Shown: one piece after another, positions 1 to 14,054 of the stretch
Position numbering within the stretch: the first letter of the stretch is position 1
Layout: the number at the start of each line of letters is the position of its first letter
Notes under the pieces: model-generated
What the model was told of the DNA's origin: nothing
Databases searched by the model: none
Seen by the model: only the letters and a program-made list of their open reading frames with translations
Translations under genes and position numbers: made by a program
Source of the DNA: Pseudomonadota bacterium
Lineage (GTDB): Bacteria; Pseudomonadota; Gammaproteobacteria; Magnimaribacterales; D2472
Length of the DNA stretch: 64,000 nucleotides
Direction: 5' to 3'
Assembly: GCA_028344535.1 (NCBI GenBank)
Contig: JAOMBK010000005.1
Span: 869 to 64,868, forward strand

Positions 1-1
1 T

Positions 2-355
2 AAAGAGCAAAACAATGATGAAGCTAGCTATTGTTCTAAAATTAATAAATTATCTGGCAAGACAGATTTTACAAAAGAAAGCACTAAGGAAATATTTCAA
101 AAGTTTAAAGCGTTTATTGGATGGCCTGGACTGTATTTTGAAAAAAATAATATACCAATAAAAATCCATGGAATGAAGGAATATAATGGTAACAAGGAAG
201 CTTTTAAAGAAAATAATTTTAAATTTATGTCAGAAGGTCTTGCGGTAAAAACAATTGATTCTATGATAGTTATTACTCACTTACAACTGCCTGGAAAACG
301 TGTTATCTCTGCAACAGACGCTATGAATTCACACATAGAATTTTTTGAGAAATAA
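2..355 (+). CDS. fmt: methionyl-tRNA formyltransferase, C-terminal fragment (5' end outside window)
   Basis: Frame 2 is open from position 2. The C-terminal ...WPGLYF...LQLPGKRVISATDAMN resembles the Fmt C-terminal domain. Lies upstream of trkA, as in the enterobacterial def-fmt-(rsmB)-trkA order. Confidence 0.55.
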   Translation, partial: KEQNNDEASYCSKINKLSGKTDFTKESTKEIFQKFKAFIGWPGLYFEKNNIPIKIHGMKEYNGNKEAFKENNFKFMSEGLAVKTIDSMIVITHLQLPGKRVISATDAMNSHIEFFEK

Positions 356-407
356 TTTAACTTCTGCAATTCTTCCAATTCACCAAAAAGAGGTTTAATT
401 TATAACA

Positions 408-1766
408 ATGAAAATTTTAATACTGGGTGCTGGAAGAGTAGGAAGTAGCCTTGCGTCTACACTTTCAAAGCAAGACTATGAAGTTAGCATTGTCGACTTA
501 AACAAAGATAAGCTTTTAAGGCTTCAAGAAGATTATGATTTGGCTACTGAAATTGGCCATGCTTCGCATCCAAATACCCTGGAAAGGGCTGGAGCAGATC
601 AAGACACTATTCTGTTGGCTGTAACAAATAGTGATGAATGTAATATTACATCCTGCCAAATTGCAAAATCTAAATTTAGTGTTAAAAAGACAATTTGTAG
701 ACTGTCTGATTCTTCTTATCTTGAATCTTTAGAGGCATTTGGTGGAAAAAATATTGATATTGCCATTGGTCCAGAAAATGAAGTTACAGAACATCTTGTA
801 GATCTAATTAAGCATCCAGGTGCAGAACAAATTGAGTCATTTGCAAATGGCTCACTTAAAGTTGTTTCGGTTAAGGCTAAAAAAGATGGGATGTTAGTTA
901 ATAGAGAGCTTAAAAGCATCAAAAGTGACATGCCAGACACAGATACATATGTTCCTGCAATTTATAGAAAAGGGAAGCCCTTGATACCAGAAGGGAAAAC
1001 AATAATAAAAGAGAATGATGAAATATACTTCTTAGCTGCAGAAAATGATATTGATGGTGTAGTACAAGAAATGAGGCTGCAAGATACATCCTCCTCAAGA
1101 ATAATGATTATAGGTGGAGGCAAAATAGGCTTTGCATTAGCAAAAACACTTGAAGAGGACTATAAAATTAAGATTATAGATCCAGATAAAGATAGGTGTG
1201 AGGTCCTATCAAGAGAGTTAAATAGAACAATTGTCCTAAAAGGTGCTGGATCTGATGAAGAGCTCCTTAAAAGTGAAAATATAGAAAATATAGATATTTT
1301 TTGTGCTTTAACAAACGATGATGAGACTAATATCATGTCAGCCTTTCTTGCCAAAAAACTTGGCGCCAAAAAAACCATAATTATTGTAAATAATTACACT
1401 TACATAAATATACTGCCCAAAAATTTCGTTGATATAGCTCTCTCACCGCAAAGGCTAACCGTCTCTATGGTTTTACAACATCTTGCAAAGGGTGATGTTC
1501 CTCAAGAGGTTATTTTTAAAATGCAGAGTGGGGCTGAAGCTATTGAAGGAATAATTCATAAAAATAAATTTACTGAAGGTTTTTTTGATAAGCCCATTTC
1601 TGAACTACCCCTTCCAGACAGTTGCGTTATTGCAGCAGTGATAAGAGGGGAAGAAGTTTTCATGCATTCAAAAGATTTACTTCTCAAACCAAATGATAGG
1701 ATCATAGTTTTTATTCTTGGGAAAACAGATAAAGAAAAAATTGAGAATCTTTTTCTAGAAGACTGA
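408..1766 (+). CDS. trkA: Trk potassium uptake system NAD-binding subunit TrkA
   Basis: 452 aa with two tandem Rossmann modules (ILGAGRVG and IIGGGKIG). Its stop overlaps the trkH start. Confidence 0.9.
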   Translation: MKILILGAGRVGSSLASTLSKQDYEVSIVDLNKDKLLRLQEDYDLATEIGHASHPNTLERAGADQDTILLAVTNSDECNITSCQIAKSKFSVKKTICRLSDSSYLESLEAFGGKNIDIAIGPENEVTEHLVDLIKHPGAEQIESFANGSLKVVSVKAKKDGMLVNRELKSIKSDMPDTDTYVPAIYRKGKPLIPEGKTIIKENDEIYFLAAENDIDGVVQEMRLQDTSSSRIMIIGGGKIGFALAKTLEEDYKIKIIDPDKDRCEVLSRELNRTIVLKGAGSDEELLKSENIENIDIFCALTNDDETNIMSAFLAKKLGAKKTIIIVNNYTYINILPKNFVDIALSPQRLTVSMVLQHLAKGDVPQEVIFKMQSGAEAIEGIIHKNKFTEGFFDKPISELPLPDSCVIAAVIRGEEVFMHSKDLLLKPNDRIIVFILGKTDKEKIENLFLED

Positions 1767-3208
1767 TGAATTACAAATCAATTTTTAACTTGTTAGGTAT
1801 TCTGCTTGGAATATTTAGCCTTTCTTTTGTGCCACCTCTGATACTTACTTTTACATATGAAGAATCAGGCAGAGAAATATTTTTATACTCTTTCATATTT
1901 TTTTTTATTTTAGGTGGTTCTATATGGGCAGCCACTCGTCAACAAAATTTACCCCTTAATATTTCTGATGGCTTTATTATCACAACATTATTCTGGGTTG
2001 TTCTTGCTTTTGCTGGATCAATTCCATTTTACTTTTTTGGACTTAGTGTTAGTGACGCAATTTTTGAATCAGTTTCAGGAATTACAACAACAGGTGCTAC
2101 CACTATTGTAGGTTTAGATAGTCTTCCAAAATCAATTCTTTTATATCGACAGCTTCTTCAGTGGATAGGAGGAATGGGTTTGATAGTTTTAGCCGTTGCA
2201 GTAATGCCAGCCTTAGGAATTGGTGGAGGCCAGCTCTATAAAATGGAGCTTCCTGGGAGTCATGGCAATCAAAAGCTTACCCCAAAAATAACTGATAGCG
2301 CTAAGGCTCTTTGGAAAATATATGTAGGTCTAACATTTATTTGTGCAATGCTTTATCTACTTTCTGGGATGACCTTATTTGATTCGATTGCCCACAGCTT
2401 AAGCACTGTCGCTGGAGGTGGATTTTCGACCCACGATGAAAGCATTGGTTTTTTTAATAGCGCAATAATAGAAACTGTTTGTATTATTTTTATGTTGCTT
2501 TCTGCCGCCTCATTTGCTGTTCATTACGTAGCAATATTTGGAGGGAAGCCCTTGAAATATTTTTATGATTCAGAGTTTAGGTTTTTCTTATCTGTTGTGC
2601 TGTTGATAATATTACTATCATTAATAGTTCATATTTTAAGTAACTCATATGCGGACGTTTTTTCTGCTATTAGCACAAGTATTTTTCATACAGTTTCTAT
2701 AGTTACCACATCAGGTTTTACTACAGAAAACTTCTCTCTTTGGCCTGGTTTTTTACCATATCTTTTGCTGGTTGGTGCGTTTATGGGAGCCTGCTCTCAG
2801 TCAGTTGGCGGAGGCATTAAGGCGTGGCGAGTGTTAATAATGATTAACCAAGCATATAAGGAAATATTAAAGACAATTCACCCAAATGCTGTCCTTACTT
2901 CAAAGATTGGCACTAAGGTTATTGATGCAAAAATTGCTGAAAAGGTTTGGGGCTTTTTTTCTATCTACGTATTTATATTTATGCTTCTTTTAATGGCGAT
3001 GCTTGGCACAGGACTGAGTTTTGAGACTGCATTTTCTGCTGTTGGAGCTTGCTTAAATAATTTAGGTCCAGGCTTGGGTGATGTAGCTAGCAACTATACA
3101 AGTGTTAATGAATTTGGAAAATTTATTTTATGTTTTGCAATGATTCTAGGAAGACTAGAAATCTTCACGCTCCTCGTATTATTTACACCTGCTTTTTGGC
3201 GACGCTAA
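1766..3208 (+). CDS. trkH: Trk potassium uptake membrane subunit TrkH
   Basis: 480-aa polytopic membrane protein with repeated TTTG/TTSG/GGG selectivity-filter-like loops. Translationally coupled to trkA. Confidence 0.9.
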   Translation: MNYKSIFNLLGILLGIFSLSFVPPLILTFTYEESGREIFLYSFIFFFILGGSIWAATRQQNLPLNISDGFIITTLFWVVLAFAGSIPFYFFGLSVSDAIFESVSGITTTGATTIVGLDSLPKSILLYRQLLQWIGGMGLIVLAVAVMPALGIGGGQLYKMELPGSHGNQKLTPKITDSAKALWKIYVGLTFICAMLYLLSGMTLFDSIAHSLSTVAGGGFSTHDESIGFFNSAIIETVCIIFMLLSAASFAVHYVAIFGGKPLKYFYDSEFRFFLSVVLLIILLSLIVHILSNSYADVFSAISTSIFHTVSIVTTSGFTTENFSLWPGFLPYLLLVGAFMGACSQSVGGGIKAWRVLIMINQAYKEILKTIHPNAVLTSKIGTKVIDAKIAEKVWGFFSIYVFIFMLLLMAMLGTGLSFETAFSAVGACLNNLGPGLGDVASNYTSVNEFGKFILCFAMILGRLEIFTLLVLFTPAFWRR

Positions 3209-4068
3209 GATTTGTATATGCTTTTTGGCTCTTGTGAGAGCTTTCTAAATTTTTTATATTCCCATGAGTACTCTGTGGGGGATTTTTTAATCTCTCTCTC
3301 CATTTCTTCATTCATAACATCAACCCCATTATTCTCATAAATCTCTTTGCTGGGTTTTTTAAAATTTATAATATGGCCAATATCTTTTTCATATGATAAA
3401 TAAGACATTAGTATTTGTTTATTAGATTTCCTTGCAAGCTTCGGAGCGAGCGAAAATGAATAACACTCATGACCAAAAAATGTTGAGTAAACACCAAGCC
3501 CATTAGCTGGAACCTGGTCAGATGCCATACAGGTCATTTGATTCTTTTCTAAAGAATTAAGAATAGTTTTTACTCCTCCTATTCCGGTTTCAACCATTTT
3601 ACAATTTCCTTCTTGTCTAAACTCTTTTACAAATTTATCGATCGGCTTTAATTTTATTTTTTTATATAGTGATGTGTGTTGTCTTTGGGAGCTAATCCAT
3701 CTCAACATAAAATCTATACTTCTATTATGAAGAGCAAAAATTATTAGGCCACTCTCTTTTTCTTGACTATTAAACAAGAACCTATTATTTATTCTCTTTG
3801 TTTCACGGATTATTTTTTTACTTGAACGAGACCAAGTGAATAAAGTTTCATAAAAACTTTTTAAGGTTTCTTTGTAACTTTCTTTGGCAAGCAAATCTAA
3901 TTCATGTTTGGCAAGGTCTGGAAAAGCAATGGATAAATTTGTCTTGGTCACTCTAAACGGAGACATCAATCTTAAAATATTTAGAGGCAGGAACTTAAAA
4001 AGGGTATCCCACATAAAGAATGCCGGTTTCAAAGGAAAAATCGTAAAAATATAAAAAATTATTTTCAT
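3205..4068 (-). CDS. lipid A biosynthesis lauroyl/myristoyl acyltransferase family (LpxL/HtrB-like)
   Basis: 287 aa with an N-terminal TM segment, NLSIAFPDL near the N-terminus and a C-terminal EYSWEYKKFRK resembling the LpxL EQYxWxHRRFK motif. Confidence 0.65.
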   Translation of the reverse strand: MKIIFYIFTIFPLKPAFFMWDTLFKFLPLNILRLMSPFRVTKTNLSIAFPDLAKHELDLLAKESYKETLKSFYETLFTWSRSSKKIIRETKRINNRFLFNSQEKESGLIIFALHNRSIDFMLRWISSQRQHTSLYKKIKLKPIDKFVKEFRQEGNCKMVETGIGGVKTILNSLEKNQMTCMASDQVPANGLGVYSTFFGHECYSFSLAPKLARKSNKQILMSYLSYEKDIGHIINFKKPSKEIYENNGVDVMNEEMEREIKKSPTEYSWEYKKFRKLSQEPKSIYKS

Positions 4069-4207
4069 ACAAAGTTTTTGCTAATTATCTTCCTTTAATA
4101 GAGTATTTTATAGTCTTATCTATAAAGAGTTGAGCAATATCTATATAGATATGATTAAAATAATTGCATAATGTAGTCTTTTCAAACATGAAATATAAGG
4201 GTTTATT

Positions 4208-5557
4208 TTGACAGCAAAAACAATGGAAGAACTGGTTGCTCTTTGTAAAAGAAGAGGGTTTATTTTCCAATCAAATGAAATTTATGGAGGCCTGCAGGGC
4301 TTGTATGACTATGGTCCGCTAGGTGTCGAGCTGAAAAATAACTTGAAACAATCGTGGTGGAGAGAAATGGTTTTTGATAGGGATGATGTTGAGGGGTTGG
4401 ATGCTTCAATTTTAACTAAGCCAAACGTATTAAAATTTTCAGGTCATGAGACCACCTTTTCAGATCCAATGGTGGATTGTAAATCATGTAATCAGCGCTT
4501 TAGGGCAGACCAAGTGCCTGATCATTGTAAAAAAGAAGATCTTACTGAGCCAAGGCAGTTTAACCTAATGTTTAAAACAGCAGTTGGGCCAGTTGAGGAT
4601 AAAGATTCATTTGCATATCTTAGACCTGAAACTGCTCAAAATATATTTACAAACTTTAAAAACGTTGTAGATTCAACGTCTAGAAAGGTACCTTTTGGAA
4701 TTGCACAAATTGGTAAAGCGTTCAGAAATGAGATAACCCCTAGAAACTTTATCTTCAGAGTAAGAGAGTTTGAGCAAATGGAGCTTGAATTTTTTGTAGT
4801 TCCAGGAACGGATGATGAGTGGCATCAAGCATGGGTTGATGCAAGACTAAAATGGTGGGAAGAACAAGGAGTAAGTAGAGATAGTATAGAGCTATATGAT
4901 GTGCCTGAAGATGAACTTGCTCATTACTCAAAAGCTACTGTAGATATTATGTACAAATTTCCTCATGGTCTTGAAGAGCTAGAAGGTATTGCAAATAGGA
5001 CAGACTTTGATTTGGGGTCGCACAGTAAAAATCAAGAAGAGCTAAATATTCAGGCTGCCGTTATTGAAAATAATGAATCAAATGCAAGGCTTGCGACACA
5101 AAATCTAGAAACTAATGAGTGGACCGTTCCATATGTAATTGAGCCTTCGGCGGGAGTAGACAGAGGGGTTCTCGCAATATTAAATGAAGCCTATAAAGTT
5201 GAAGAACTTGATGATGGTAAAACAAGAACGGTTTTAAATCTCAAGCCCCATTTATCTCCAATCAAAGCAGCAGTTATCCCGCTTAAAAAAAATCACGATG
5301 GTTTAGTTGAAATTGCATCAAACATAAAGAAAGACCTTCAAAAATTGCGGTTAGGGCGTGTGCTTCTTGAAAATTCAGGCAATATTGGAAAAAGTTATAG
5401 ACGCCATGATGAAATTGGGACTCCATTATGCATTACGGTTGATTTTGACTCTCTTGAGGATAACTCAGTAACAATTCGAGATAGAGATACGATGCAACAA
5501 ACTCGAATAGAAATATCTAAACTCTCAGAATATTTGGAGGACTTGATAATAAAGTAG
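4208..5557 (+). CDS. glyQS: glycine--tRNA ligase, homodimeric alpha2 (GlyQS) type
   Basis: 449 aa. N-terminus [44 protein letters not shown] is nearly collinear with Thermus-type GlyRS as I recall it. TTG start at 4208; an alternative ATG lies at 4223. Confidence 0.9.
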   Translation: MTAKTMEELVALCKRRGFIFQSNEIYGGLQGLYDYGPLGVELKNNLKQSWWREMVFDRDDVEGLDASILTKPNVLKFSGHETTFSDPMVDCKSCNQRFRADQVPDHCKKEDLTEPRQFNLMFKTAVGPVEDKDSFAYLRPETAQNIFTNFKNVVDSTSRKVPFGIAQIGKAFRNEITPRNFIFRVREFEQMELEFFVVPGTDDEWHQAWVDARLKWWEEQGVSRDSIELYDVPEDELAHYSKATVDIMYKFPHGLEELEGIANRTDFDLGSHSKNQEELNIQAAVIENNESNARLATQNLETNEWTVPYVIEPSAGVDRGVLAILNEAYKVEELDDGKTRTVLNLKPHLSPIKAAVIPLKKNHDGLVEIASNIKKDLQKLRLGRVLLENSGNIGKSYRRHDEIGTPLCITVDFDSLEDNSVTIRDRDTMQQTRIEISKLSEYLEDLIIK

Positions 5558-5608
5558 ACAAAAGTCTATATTTAATAAGTATAAATAATTAGTATTGTTA
5601 TATTTTAC

Positions 5609-9289
<3,681 letters not shown>

Positions 9290-9293
9290 TAAC

Positions 9294-10391
9294 CTAAATA
9301 AGGAGGGGCATTACAACATATTTTGGGCTATCGCTTCCTGGTGGTGTAAGCAGGCAACTTTTGTCAGATCCAAAGAAATTAATATGACAGGTATCTGTTT
9401 GCATGTGAGACATTATTTCTTGAAGGTAAGTAACATTGAAGGCTATATCTAATTCCTCCCCATTGTATGAAGCGGGAAAAAATTCTTCTGCCTCTTCTTG
9501 CTCTGGATTGTTTGCTGAAATTCTCACACCATCTGTGGAAGTAATTAATCGAATCCCTTTATATTTTTCACTTGATAAAACAGAAACCCTGCTCAATGTT
9601 TCTGAAAAATCTTTTACATTAATTTCTAAAACTGAGCTCTCACCTGAAGGAATTACCTGTTGATAATCTGGGAATTTACCATCTATTAATTTACTTTTAA
9701 AAATTAGATTTCCTACAGCTAGTTCCAAGGAAGCTTCGTTAATTTTTAATTCAGCATCTCCATCTTCATCAGATAGAAATTTAGCCATTTCGTTAATGGA
9801 CTTTCTTGGGATGATTCCTGAAAAAGAATTATCAGATTGGGTGGAAAGATTTGCAACTGCTAGCCTATGAGCATCTGTTGTAACAGCTGTTATTTCTCCT
9901 CCACTAATTGATAAATACAAACCATTTAAATAGTGTCTCCAGTCCTGGTTACCCATAGCAAAAGATGTATTTCTGATCAGCTCCCTTAAATCTTTAGCTG
10001 GAATAATGAGGGGTGAATCTCCAGAGTCTATATCAAAAACAGGGAATTCAGCACTGGGGAGCGTTGATAGTGAGTACTTACCATGGGTGGTCTTAATATT
10101 TAACTTGTCGCCATTTAAAGAAAGGTTGATCTCCTCTCCATCAGGAATCAATCGACAGAGTTCATTTAATTTTTTTGCTGATGTTGTAGTCTTCCCTGAA
10201 GACTCCAAATTTGATAATGGTCCGCTAGTTGTTACCTCAGATTCGAGATCAGTGGCTGTTAATTTAAAACTATTTTCAGCAACCTCAAATAGAACATTGG
10301 CCAGGATTGGGAGTGTTTGTCTTTTTTCTACTACGCCCAGCGTGATGTTAAGAGCTGAAACAATATCCTCTTTTTTAACAGTGATTTCCAT
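9294..10391 (-). CDS. dnaN: DNA polymerase III beta sliding clamp
   Basis: 365 aa, three-domain-length clamp with N-terminus MEITVKKEDI..LNITLGVVEKRQTLPILANVLF and C-terminus YVVMPLLI. Immediately downstream of dnaA. Confidence 0.92.
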   Translation of the reverse strand: MEITVKKEDIVSALNITLGVVEKRQTLPILANVLFEVAENSFKLTATDLESEVTTSGPLSNLESSGKTTTSAKKLNELCRLIPDGEEINLSLNGDKLNIKTTHGKYSLSTLPSAEFPVFDIDSGDSPLIIPAKDLRELIRNTSFAMGNQDWRHYLNGLYLSISGGEITAVTTDAHRLAVANLSTQSDNSFSGIIPRKSINEMAKFLSDEDGDAELKINEASLELAVGNLIFKSKLIDGKFPDYQQVIPSGESSVLEINVKDFSETLSRVSVLSSEKYKGIRLITSTDGVRISANNPEQEEAEEFFPASYNGEELDIAFNVTYLQEIMSHMQTDTCHINFFGSDKSCLLTPPGSDSPKYVVMPLLI

Positions 10392-11681
10392 TTAATTTGT
10401 TAGTGTCCTATTTAGGTTTCTATAATCCTCTTCAAGCGAAGGAATTTCTTTTCTCAACTCTTTAATCTTGCCACAAGCATGAAGAACAGTTGTGTGGTCT
10501 CTTCCATTAAAAGCTTCACCAATTTCAGGGAGGCTGTGGTTTGTTAATTCTTTTGTTAAAGCCATGGCTAATTGTCTTGGCCTAGTTATGGATCTGCTTC
10601 TTCGTTTTGATAAAAGGTCAGACAATTTTATGTTGTAATATTCTGCTACTGTTTTTTGAATGTTGTCTATGCTTACCATTTTTGCTGAAATAACAAATAG
10701 ATCTTTTAACGCCTCTTTCACAAATGGAATATCTATCTCTTGATCAGTAAATCTAGAATTAGCAACCACTCTTTTTAATGCTCCCTCTAACTCTCTAATA
10801 TTTGATCTAATCCTTTGAGCTATATATATTGCACAATCATTCGGAAGGGTTACTCCCATGGAATTAGCCTTGCTTAAAAGCACAGCGGCACGTGTTTCAA
10901 GCTCTGGGGGTTCAATAATAACAGGTAAACCCCAGCCAAGCCTTGATTTTAAGCGCTCTTCAAGGCCATCTATCTCTTTGGGATACTTATCACAAGTAAG
11001 TATCATTTGGTGATTACGGTCTAGAAGTGCGTTAAATGTATGAAAAAACTCCTCTTGTGACTGTTCTTTTCCAGCAAAAAACTGAATATCATCGATTAAG
11101 AGGGCGTCAGCATTCCTGTAAAACTCCTTAAACTCGCTCATAGCACCTAATTGAAGGGCTTTTACCATATCTGCAACAAATTTTTCAGAATGAACATAAA
11201 CTATTCTTTTTGAGGTGTCTGAATTAAGTATTTCATTGCCAACAGCATGCATTAAGTGGGTTTTGCCAAGCCCCACTCCACCATAGATAAACAATGGATT
11301 GTAATCTCCTTTAGGGTTGGCTGCTACTTGCTTTGCGGCAGCTAGAGCCATATGGTTAGATTTTCCTTCTACAAAGGTCTTAAAAGTAAAATTTTGAACG
11401 AGACCAGGAGTATTTTCCTCTGTGACGTTGAGTTTTTCAACAAATGTTGATTTATCGAGAGTTTTAAATTTTACATTTAGCGATTCATCAGACTTATTTA
11501 CTAAATTTTCTATGATTTGACCCAAGTTTTCTTTTACATATGTAAGCACAAAGTCATTTGGGGCGCTTATTTCCAGATCATTTTTATTAATATCAGCTCG
11601 TAGAGGTTTTATCCAAGTGTTAAACTCTTCTTGTGATAGTTTAGCTTCAAGTTTTTCAGTGCATTCAGACCAAAATTTCAA
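10392..11681 (-). CDS. dnaA: chromosomal replication initiator DnaA
   Basis: 429 aa with [20 protein letters not shown] (Walker A), LLIDDIQF, and C-terminal domain IV ...[16 protein letters not shown]. Confidence 0.95.
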   Translation of the reverse strand: MKFWSECTEKLEAKLSQEEFNTWIKPLRADINKNDLEISAPNDFVLTYVKENLGQIIENLVNKSDESLNVKFKTLDKSTFVEKLNVTEENTPGLVQNFTFKTFVEGKSNHMALAAAKQVAANPKGDYNPLFIYGGVGLGKTHLMHAVGNEILNSDTSKRIVYVHSEKFVADMVKALQLGAMSEFKEFYRNADALLIDDIQFFAGKEQSQEEFFHTFNALLDRNHQMILTCDKYPKEIDGLEERLKSRLGWGLPVIIEPPELETRAAVLLSKANSMGVTLPNDCAIYIAQRIRSNIRELEGALKRVVANSRFTDQEIDIPFVKEALKDLFVISAKMVSIDNIQKTVAEYYNIKLSDLLSKRRSRSITRPRQLAMALTKELTNHSLPEIGEAFNGRDHTTVLHACGKIKELRKEIPSLEEDYRNLNRTLTN

Positions 11682-11757
11682 TTTGTTAGACCTCCGGTAG
11701 AAAAGTTAGTCTAACAAAAACTAACAAGATATCTACAGCATAAGCATATGTATTTTC

Positions 11758-11766
11758 TGTGGATAA
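11758..11766 (-). promoter_or_regulatory. perfect DnaA box (TTATCCACA on minus strand) in the dnaA-rpmH spacer
   Basis: The plus strand reads TGTGGATAA. Two 2-mismatch boxes are nearby: ATATCTACA at about 11731 and TCACCCACA at 11814-11822. Confidence 0.7.
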
Positions 11767-11858
11767 CTTGTTGGTATCTAATGAATTTATTTTTGAGCTT
11801 TTTTTCTTTCAATTCACCCACAATGCTTTATAATTCGGGGCTAATTTTTTGAGTAATT

Positions 11859-11993
11859 ATGAAAAGAACATTTCAACCAAGCACGCTAAAAAGAAAGCGC
11901 ACTCATGGCTTTAGAGCAAGAATGTCAACCAAGGCTGGTAGGGCTGTAATTGCGAACAGAAGAAAGAAGGGCCGCAAGGTATTAACCGCTTAA
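11859..11993 (+). CDS. rpmH: 50S ribosomal protein L34
   Basis: 44 aa, [44 protein letters not shown]. Below the ORF-track size cutoff; found by manual translation. Confidence 0.95.
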   Translation: MKRTFQPSTLKRKRTHGFRARMSTKAGRAVIANRRKKGRKVLTA

Positions 11994-12003
11994 TTTTTTA
12001 GGC

Positions 12004-12282
12004 ATCGTTATTTCAAAAAAAATTTATCACTCTAGTTACTCATCGATATTTTTTGATGATGATTCTCCAGACCTAAAACTAAAGATTGTAGTAAAAAAGA
12101 AAGATTATTCTTTAGCGGTTCAACGAAATAAAATTAAACGCTGGATAAGAGAAATTTTTAATAAAAATTTATTGAATAATGGTTATGTTGTTGTTGTCAG
12201 GAGTGGTTTTTTGGAAACAGGATTTAAAAATATTTCTTCTGATTTTCAGACCGCGTTAGATAATTTTGTAAAAGGACGGTAA
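12004..12282 (+). CDS. rnpA: ribonuclease P protein component (start codon uncertain)
   Basis: Frame open over 11986-12282. Contains LAVQRNKIKRWIREIF, the RnpA RNR motif. Sits between rpmH and yidD. No ATG, GTG or TTG lies upstream of the motif, so I assumed ATC 12004 or ATT 12010 as the start. Confidence 0.7.
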   Translation: MVISKKIYHSSYSSIFFDDDSPDLKLKIVVKKKDYSLAVQRNKIKRWIREIFNKNLLNNGYVVVVRSGFLETGFKNISSDFQTALDNFVKGR

Positions 12283-12292
12283 GACGATTAAT

Positions 12293-12505
12293 ATGAAAAA
12301 GTTTTTAATATTTATGATTGGTTTTTACCAAAAATATTTGAGTTTTTTGTTAGGTAAGAATTGTAGATTTGAGCCAACATGCTCTCAATACGCGAAAGAG
12401 AGTATTGAGATCCATGGTGCCTTTGTTGGCGGCTACTATTCATTGATAAGAATTATTAAATGCGGGCCATGGTCTGTTAGTGGAGTGGATGAGGTAAAAA
12501 AATGA
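12293..12505 (+). CDS. yidD: membrane protein insertion efficiency factor YidD
   Basis: 70 aa with FYQKYLS..CRFEPTCSQYAKESIEIHG. Overlaps the yidC start. Confidence 0.9.
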   Translation: MKKFLIFMIGFYQKYLSFLLGKNCRFEPTCSQYAKESIEIHGAFVGGYYSLIRIIKCGPWSVSGVDEVKK

Positions 12506-14052
12506 ATTGGAGATATTTTTATATTGGTTCGGTTGTTGCTTTGTCATATATTTTGTTTTTGTCGTGGAATTCGGAAAAAGAAATTAAGCAGGAGTTTGCT
12601 GAGGCCTCTGCAATTGAACAGAGCCAAACCGAAGAGTCATTGCCCGCAGGTGAAACGGTTGGCTTGGTAGAAATACAAAACAGTAAACTGACTTTAAAAA
12701 TTAGCCCAACCACCGGGAAAGTATGGCAAGCCAGATTAAAGGAACACACCTATCTTAACAATGAAGATTCTTTGGGTGTAAGGCTGTTTGGGTTTGATCG
12801 GGCGAACGGTTTTAAGTTTTATTTAAACAGTGGTTTTGTTGCTCAAGGCAAAACATTTGAAGTGGTTGAAATATTGCCTTCGTCTTTAAGGTTGCTTTCT
12901 GTAGATGGGATGGTTTCGAAAGAGTTCACTTTAAAATCAGATGATTATGAGCTTTTAATAGAGGACAGGTGGGTTGGACAACTTCCATTGGATGTTCCGG
13001 CTCCATATGTGGCAATGTATAGAACTGATCAAAGGCCTTTAGATGCTCGTGATAATATTTTTGAAAACAGCTCTTACACTGGTGTTGCTTTCAACACGCC
13101 TGACGAACCCTATGCAAACACAAGGTTAAGAAGTGTTGATGAACGAATTGAGTATTTCCAGAGAGGTGGTTGGGTTGCATTTATACAAAAATATTTTATG
13201 GCTGCTGTTCTTACGCCTTCGGACAGGGTTCAAGCGTTGGTTGCTTTACCTCCATCGGATGAGTCGGATACATATGTTATGGGCGCAATTTCTAGGGAAG
13301 TCAAGGCTAGTGAAGTTACCTCTGGTGTTAATCACAGAGTATTTCTTGGTCCCAAGGTTAGATCTGATTTAATAAGCAGGGCTCCCGACTTAGAGCTAAC
13401 AATTGATATGGGTTGGTTTTGGTTTTTATCTCAACCCTTGATGATGTTGCTTAGTTTGATAAATAATCTGGCTAATAATTGGGGTGTTTCTATTATCTTG
13501 CTTACGGTTTTAATTAAACTGTTGTTGTGGCCGCTATCTGCAAAAGGTTTTTCTAGTATGGCAAAAATGAGAACAGCGGGCCCAAAACTAAAGGAAATTC
13601 AAGAAAGGTATAAGGACGACAGAGCAAAACTTGGAACCGAGATGATGGCCTTGTATAAAAAAGAGGGTATAAATCCAGCTGGTGGGTGTTTTCCGCTTTT
13701 GCTTCAAATGCCGGTGTTTGTTGCGTTCTTTTTTTGCTTAAGAGAAAGTGTTGAGCTCAGACATGAATCATTCTTTTTTTGGATACAAGATCTGTCTGCG
13801 CCCGATCCATTTTTTATACTTCCCGTTGTTTTTGCGGCGCTCATGTATTTAACACAACAACTAAACCCACAGCCCCCAGGCATGGATCCAACACAGGCTC
13901 AAATTATGAAATTTATGCCGGTTGGTATAGCTGTGATTTTTGTGATTATGCCAGCAGGTCTTGTGCTTTACTCTGTAGCAAATAGCGCTATCTCTCTTGT
14001 TCAACAAAAGGCAATGTATAAGAAATATGGCGCTCCAAGCGCACCCGCATAG
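12502..14052 (+). CDS. yidC: membrane protein insertase YidC
   Basis: 516 aa with an N-terminal TM segment, a large periplasmic domain and the C-terminal 5-TM core (WGVSIILLTVLIKLLLWPL, GCFPLLLQMPVF). Confidence 0.92.
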   Translation: MNWRYFYIGSVVALSYILFLSWNSEKEIKQEFAEASAIEQSQTEESLPAGETVGLVEIQNSKLTLKISPTTGKVWQARLKEHTYLNNEDSLGVRLFGFDRANGFKFYLNSGFVAQGKTFEVVEILPSSLRLLSVDGMVSKEFTLKSDDYELLIEDRWVGQLPLDVPAPYVAMYRTDQRPLDARDNIFENSSYTGVAFNTPDEPYANTRLRSVDERIEYFQRGGWVAFIQKYFMAAVLTPSDRVQALVALPPSDESDTYVMGAISREVKASEVTSGVNHRVFLGPKVRSDLISRAPDLELTIDMGWFWFLSQPLMMLLSLINNLANNWGVSIILLTVLIKLLLWPLSAKGFSSMAKMRTAGPKLKEIQERYKDDRAKLGTEMMALYKKEGINPAGGCFPLLLQMPVFVAFFFCLRESVELRHESFFFWIQDLSAPDPFFILPVVFAALMYLTQQLNPQPPGMDPTQAQIMKFMPVGIAVIFVIMPAGLVLYSVANSAISLVQQKAMYKKYGAPSAPA

Positions 14053-14054
14053 TT

